Assembly (NCBI GenBank): GCA_016219325.1
Contig: JACRNH010000024.1
Span: 1,789-65,788, forward strand
Origin: Candidatus Collierbacteria bacterium
GTDB taxonomy: Bacteria > Patescibacteriota > Microgenomatia > UBA1400 > JACPES01
Direction of reading: 5' to 3'
DNA: 64,000 bases
Numbering within the stretch: position 1 is the stretch's first letter; every line of letters begins with the position of its first letter. Shown here one piece after another: positions 61,028 to 64,000 of the stretch. A model generated the notes under the pieces. The model ran no database searches and was not told where the DNA came from. It saw nothing but the letters and a program-made list of their open reading frames with translations. The position numbers and the translations under genes were made by a program.

Positions 61028-61494
61028 ACATCGCAGCACATGGACTTTGGGGGGCGGCGCTAACCCCAAAAAAACAATCAAAAGAGTTAAAATGGTCGAC
61101 ATTCTGGAGCATATTTCCGGATCTGCCGTTTTTGACAGCATTTGTTCCTTACTCAATATGGAATAGTTTGTTTGTTTTTTCGGATTGGTCTGATTTACCA
61201 AAGATCATTTTTTATATTTACGGTATTTCCCACAGTTTGATAATTTGGGGAATAGTTGCGATTGTGTTGTTGCTGTCTAAAAAATGGCACTGGCCGATTA
61301 TATTTTGGCTATTTCATATCTTGGTCGATATTCTGGGTCACATATCTTTTCAAACCCCATTTTTATTTCCGATTTCAGAGATGTCGCTACGGGGAATTTT
61401 CAGTTGGGACAATTATGCGATAAGCACTTTATCTTATTTAATTCCTCTAATAATAATCGTTTCAAAGTTTTCTTTAAAGCCAAAAAATGATTAA
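61024..61494 (+). CDS. Small membrane protein, DUF457/YdjM-like (putative membrane-bound metal-dependent hydrolase)
   Basis: H/D-containing loops between 4 TM segments. It is translationally coupled to RhuM (ATGA). The call is weak. Confidence 0.35.
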   Translation: MNIAAHGLWGAALTPKKQSKELKWSTFWSIFPDLPFLTAFVPYSIWNSLFVFSDWSDLPKIIFYIYGISHSLIIWGIVAIVLLLSKKWHWPIIFWLFHILVDILGHISFQTPFLFPISEMSLRGIFSWDNYAISTLSYLIPLIIIVSKFSLKPKND

Positions 61495-63520
61495 GAGGCA
61501 ATTGTTTCAATTAATTAATTGGAGAGAAATTAAACCATATCTGGTATTTTCTTTAATCTGGCTGATTTTTTCCTACCCCTTCTTTTTCCGGGGCCGGATT
61601 CCGGCCCCGTTGGATTTTTTGGTAGATTTTTATTCTCCTTGGGAGCAGTACTATAATCTTCCGGTCAAAAATTCATCACTTTCAGACGTAGTCTCGCAAA
61701 TTATTCCCTGGAAATTATTTAACGCCCAAGAACTGAAAGCTGGCAGAATCCCTATTTGGAATTCATATAATCTTGGCGGAACCCCACAACTTGGAAATTG
61801 GCAAAGCGGAGTATTCTATCCGACCACGCTGTTATTTTTAGTTTTGCCTGAAACGATGGCTTGGTCATTTCATATTCTGCTTCAACCTTTGTTAGCCGGA
61901 CTATTTATGCTTTTATTCCTGCGTTCTCTATCTCTATCTCCAATCTCAAGTCTGCTTGGTGCGATTGTATTTTCCTATGGCGGTTTTATGACATCGTGGT
62001 TTGAGTGGGGAACTCTTGGTCATGCGATTCTATGGTTGCCGTTGGCGTTGTATGGAATAGACAGAGTAAAAAGTAAAGAGCAAAGAGTAAAAAGCAATGA
62101 AACTAACGTTAAGATTTCTCTTTTGACAATTATCGCGATAACAATGTCGTTACTGGCCGGCCACCCACAGACTTCGATATACCTTATGATTACGATTATT
62201 GGATACTTTTTGTATAGAAATTGGTCTTTAAACAAATTTAGATTGTTACTATTTACTAATTACTATTTACTAATTCCTATTTTCCTCGCTGCCCCTCAAG
62301 TTTTTCCTTCAATCCAAGTGTATATGGAGTCGGCTAAAAACCTGATAGACGGCTCCGGCTGGGCCAGGGCATTCTTGATTAAACCGGAAAATTTACTAAC
62401 GTTCTTCTCTCCTGATTTTTTCGGAAATCCGGTAACCAGAAATAATTGGGGAAGTTTCTCTTATGTTGAGATGGGTGGATATATAGGAATAGCATCCCTG
62501 TTTTTAGCGATAACGGGAATGTTCATGACTTTTAGAAAAACTAAATTTTATATCTTATTGATTTTTGCCGCGTTGATTTTTTCGGTTGATAGTCCCGTCA
62601 GCAGATTGTTAATTGAACTTAGAATTCCGGTAATTTCCAGTTCCAGTCCTTCAAGATTAATTGGAATTGTCGATTTCGGCTTGGCGGTTCTGGCGGCGTT
62701 TGGTCTGAATTATATTTCTGAAATATCCAAAAAGAAACAAATAAAATTATTAGTCAAAATTATTATTGCCATAACTTTAGTTTTTTCCGGAATGTGGATT
62801 TGGACTTATATTTCAAATAATCCTAACGTTCCGGTAACCAGAAGGAATTTAATTTTCCCCTCTATAATATTCAGTGCTGCCATTGCAATAATCGTTAATT
62901 TATTCTTTTCCCCCAAAAGAGTACGTTCATTACTCATTATTTTCTACTCATTACTTTCTATTCTCGACCTTTTCCGCTTTTATCTTAAATTTAATCCTTT
63001 TGCGCTGTCTCAATATTGGTATCCGGATGTTCCGGTGCTGTCGGAATTACGCAAAAGAACGGGCAGAGTTTTCGGCGGGTTTGAAGGAAATATGAATATT
63101 CAGTATCAGATTAAAACAATAGAGGGATATGATCCTTTGATTAACAAAGAAATTGTCAGGATGACGTATACTCCGGAAGAGCTTTCGAAAAAAAACCGTA
63201 TAGTCAGCCCGGATTTCCCTAAAGGCGATCCGGCGACAATTGAGCTACTAAATAAAATGGGAGTCAAGTGGATTGTGGACTATTCGGTTCCGGGAAATGG
63301 GCCTTGGGATTTAAGATTGTGGAATTACGGAGACCAGTTCAGGATTGATTGGAAAGATGCCAGCTACCAGATTCTTTACAATACAAAAGCGGTGGCAGAG
63401 GAGTTTGAGCCTATAATTAAAATGAAAGATTCGCAATATTTTCTATTTAAATTAGGATTGGCAGTTTCCGCAGTTGCCTGTTTTGGTATTCTATTTGGAT
63501 ATAAAAAATATGTTAAGTAA
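61487..63520 (+). CDS. YfhO-family membrane protein (second copy)
   Basis: FFFRGRIPAPLDFLVDFYSPW...IWNSYNLGGTPQLGNWQSGVFYP. It contains family-D-derived 'DRVKSKEQRVKSNETN' and a TTACTAA heptamer array. Confidence 0.6.
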   Translation: MIKRQLFQLINWREIKPYLVFSLIWLIFSYPFFFRGRIPAPLDFLVDFYSPWEQYYNLPVKNSSLSDVVSQIIPWKLFNAQELKAGRIPIWNSYNLGGTPQLGNWQSGVFYPTTLLFLVLPETMAWSFHILLQPLLAGLFMLLFLRSLSLSPISSLLGAIVFSYGGFMTSWFEWGTLGHAILWLPLALYGIDRVKSKEQRVKSNETNVKISLLTIIAITMSLLAGHPQTSIYLMITIIGYFLYRNWSLNKFRLLLFTNYYLLIPIFLAAPQVFPSIQVYMESAKNLIDGSGWARAFLIKPENLLTFFSPDFFGNPVTRNNWGSFSYVEMGGYIGIASLFLAITGMFMTFRKTKFYILLIFAALIFSVDSPVSRLLIELRIPVISSSSPSRLIGIVDFGLAVLAAFGLNYISEISKKKQIKLLVKIIIAITLVFSGMWIWTYISNNPNVPVTRRNLIFPSIIFSAAIAIIVNLFFSPKRVRSLLIIFYSLLSILDLFRFYLKFNPFALSQYWYPDVPVLSELRKRTGRVFGGFEGNMNIQYQIKTIEGYDPLINKEIVRMTYTPEELSKKNRIVSPDFPKGDPATIELLNKMGVKWIVDYSVPGNGPWDLRLWNYGDQFRIDWKDASYQILYNTKAVAEEFEPIIKMKDSQYFLFKLGLAVSAVACFGILFGYKKYVK

Positions 63521-64000
63521 ATATTTATTGCCCCCGGATGTTTTTATCCGCCATTGGTTAGTGGCTAGAGAAATAAAAAGCAATTTGAGTTCGAGAACAG
63601 CTTCAATTTTAGACGTTGGCGGATCATTGGGCGAAATGAGAAAATTTTTGCCTAATTTAAAAGTCGTGACTACTGATGTGGTAGCAGGAGCAGACGTCCT
63701 TTATGACGGCCATAAGCTCCCATTTCAGAAAGGGGAATACGATTATGTAGTTTCTGTTGACACTCTTGAGCATATTCCTGCTGGCAGAAGATTAAATTTG
63801 CTTTCTCAAATGAATAATATCTCTTTAAAAAAAGTGATCGCAATTGCCCCTTTTGCTTCAAAAGAACACGAAAAATATGAAGATGAATTGGTTAGAAGAT
63901 TTACTAAGGCAAATCAGCCTGTCCCTCCGTATCTTGCCGAACACCGGAAATTTGGATTATTGACATTGGATCAGCTTGAAGATGCCGTGAAGAAACATAA
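63510..64000 (+). CDS. Class I SAM-dependent methyltransferase (3'-truncated by the window edge)
   Basis: The manual translation is MLSKYLLPPD...ILDVGGSLGE (motif I)...YDYVVSVDTLEHIP (motif II/III). It is not in the ORF track because no stop occurs before the window end. It overlaps the previous stop. Confidence 0.5.
   Translation, partial: MLSKYLLPPDVFIRHWLVAREIKSNLSSRTASILDVGGSLGEMRKFLPNLKVVTTDVVAGADVLYDGHKLPFQKGEYDYVVSVDTLEHIPAGRRLNLLSQMNNISLKKVIAIAPFASKEHEKYEDELVRRFTKANQPVPPYLAEHRKFGLLTLDQLEDAVKKH

Overview
This is a 64 kb AT-rich bacterial chromosome fragment (plus strand 5'->3', coordinates as given). The gene content, small intergenic spaces and weak Shine-Dalgarno signals are consistent with a small-genome uncultivated lineage such as CPR/Patescibacteria; that placement is inference, not a database result.

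Gene content, in order:
- 1..2034: the C-terminal two thirds of an N6-adenine DNA methyltransferase of the Type IIG / BREX PglX kind. Motif I (DPAAGT) and motif IV (NPPY) are present and the gene runs off the 5' end of the window. A small MoaD/ThiS-like (beta-grasp) ORF follows.
- 2737..9815: rpoB and rpoC with a 4-nt overlap. They are preceded by a sigma70-like promoter followed by a terminator-like hairpin, and are not preceded by rplKAJL.
- 9849..10825: a cohesin-like surface protein ending in an LPKAG-plus-TM anchor, followed by a small dockerin-repeat protein.
- 10909..17975: rmuC (minus), a TrpR/YerC-like HTH protein, metG, a processive GT2 with a QxxRW motif, and argS.
- 18070..20807: a secreted K/E-rich protein; an approximately 840-bp segment carrying two small genes between GC-rich roughly 95-bp inverted repeats; a GIY-YIG (YhbQ-like) protein; and tRNA-Glu(CUC, minus) next to tRNA-Gln(CUG, plus).
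- 20821..24591: mntH, an SNase-like nuclease, prmC and uppP.
- 24727..60052: an approximately 35 kb glycosylation super-locus:
  - sugar-nucleotide enzymes: ugd, an Rmd-like reductase, gmd and another SDR epimerase;
  - glycosyltransferases: nine or more GT2 enzymes, several of the polyprenol-phosphate (DPM1/ArnC) type, one fused to GtrA and one fused to a large membrane domain;
  - twelve or more GT-C-like polytopic membrane proteins (ArnT/PMT-like, YfhO-like and two unnamed paralog families);
  - a Wzx-like flippase.
- 51780..53758: a small block between those genes encoding an ECF-S-like membrane protein, a phosphoribosyltransferase (PRTase) and a DUF362 protein.
- 60074..64000: a RhuM-family gene, a DUF457-like membrane protein, a second YfhO-family protein and a 3'-truncated SAM-dependent methyltransferase.

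The most unusual property of the window is the load of short repeats. At least five families of palindromic or tandem elements occur in intergenic junctions and are also inserted in frame inside coding sequences, including the housekeeping genes prmC, argS and metG. Heptanucleotide tandem arrays inside membrane glycosyltransferase genes are candidate phase-variation tracts. No CRISPR array and no rRNA were found.
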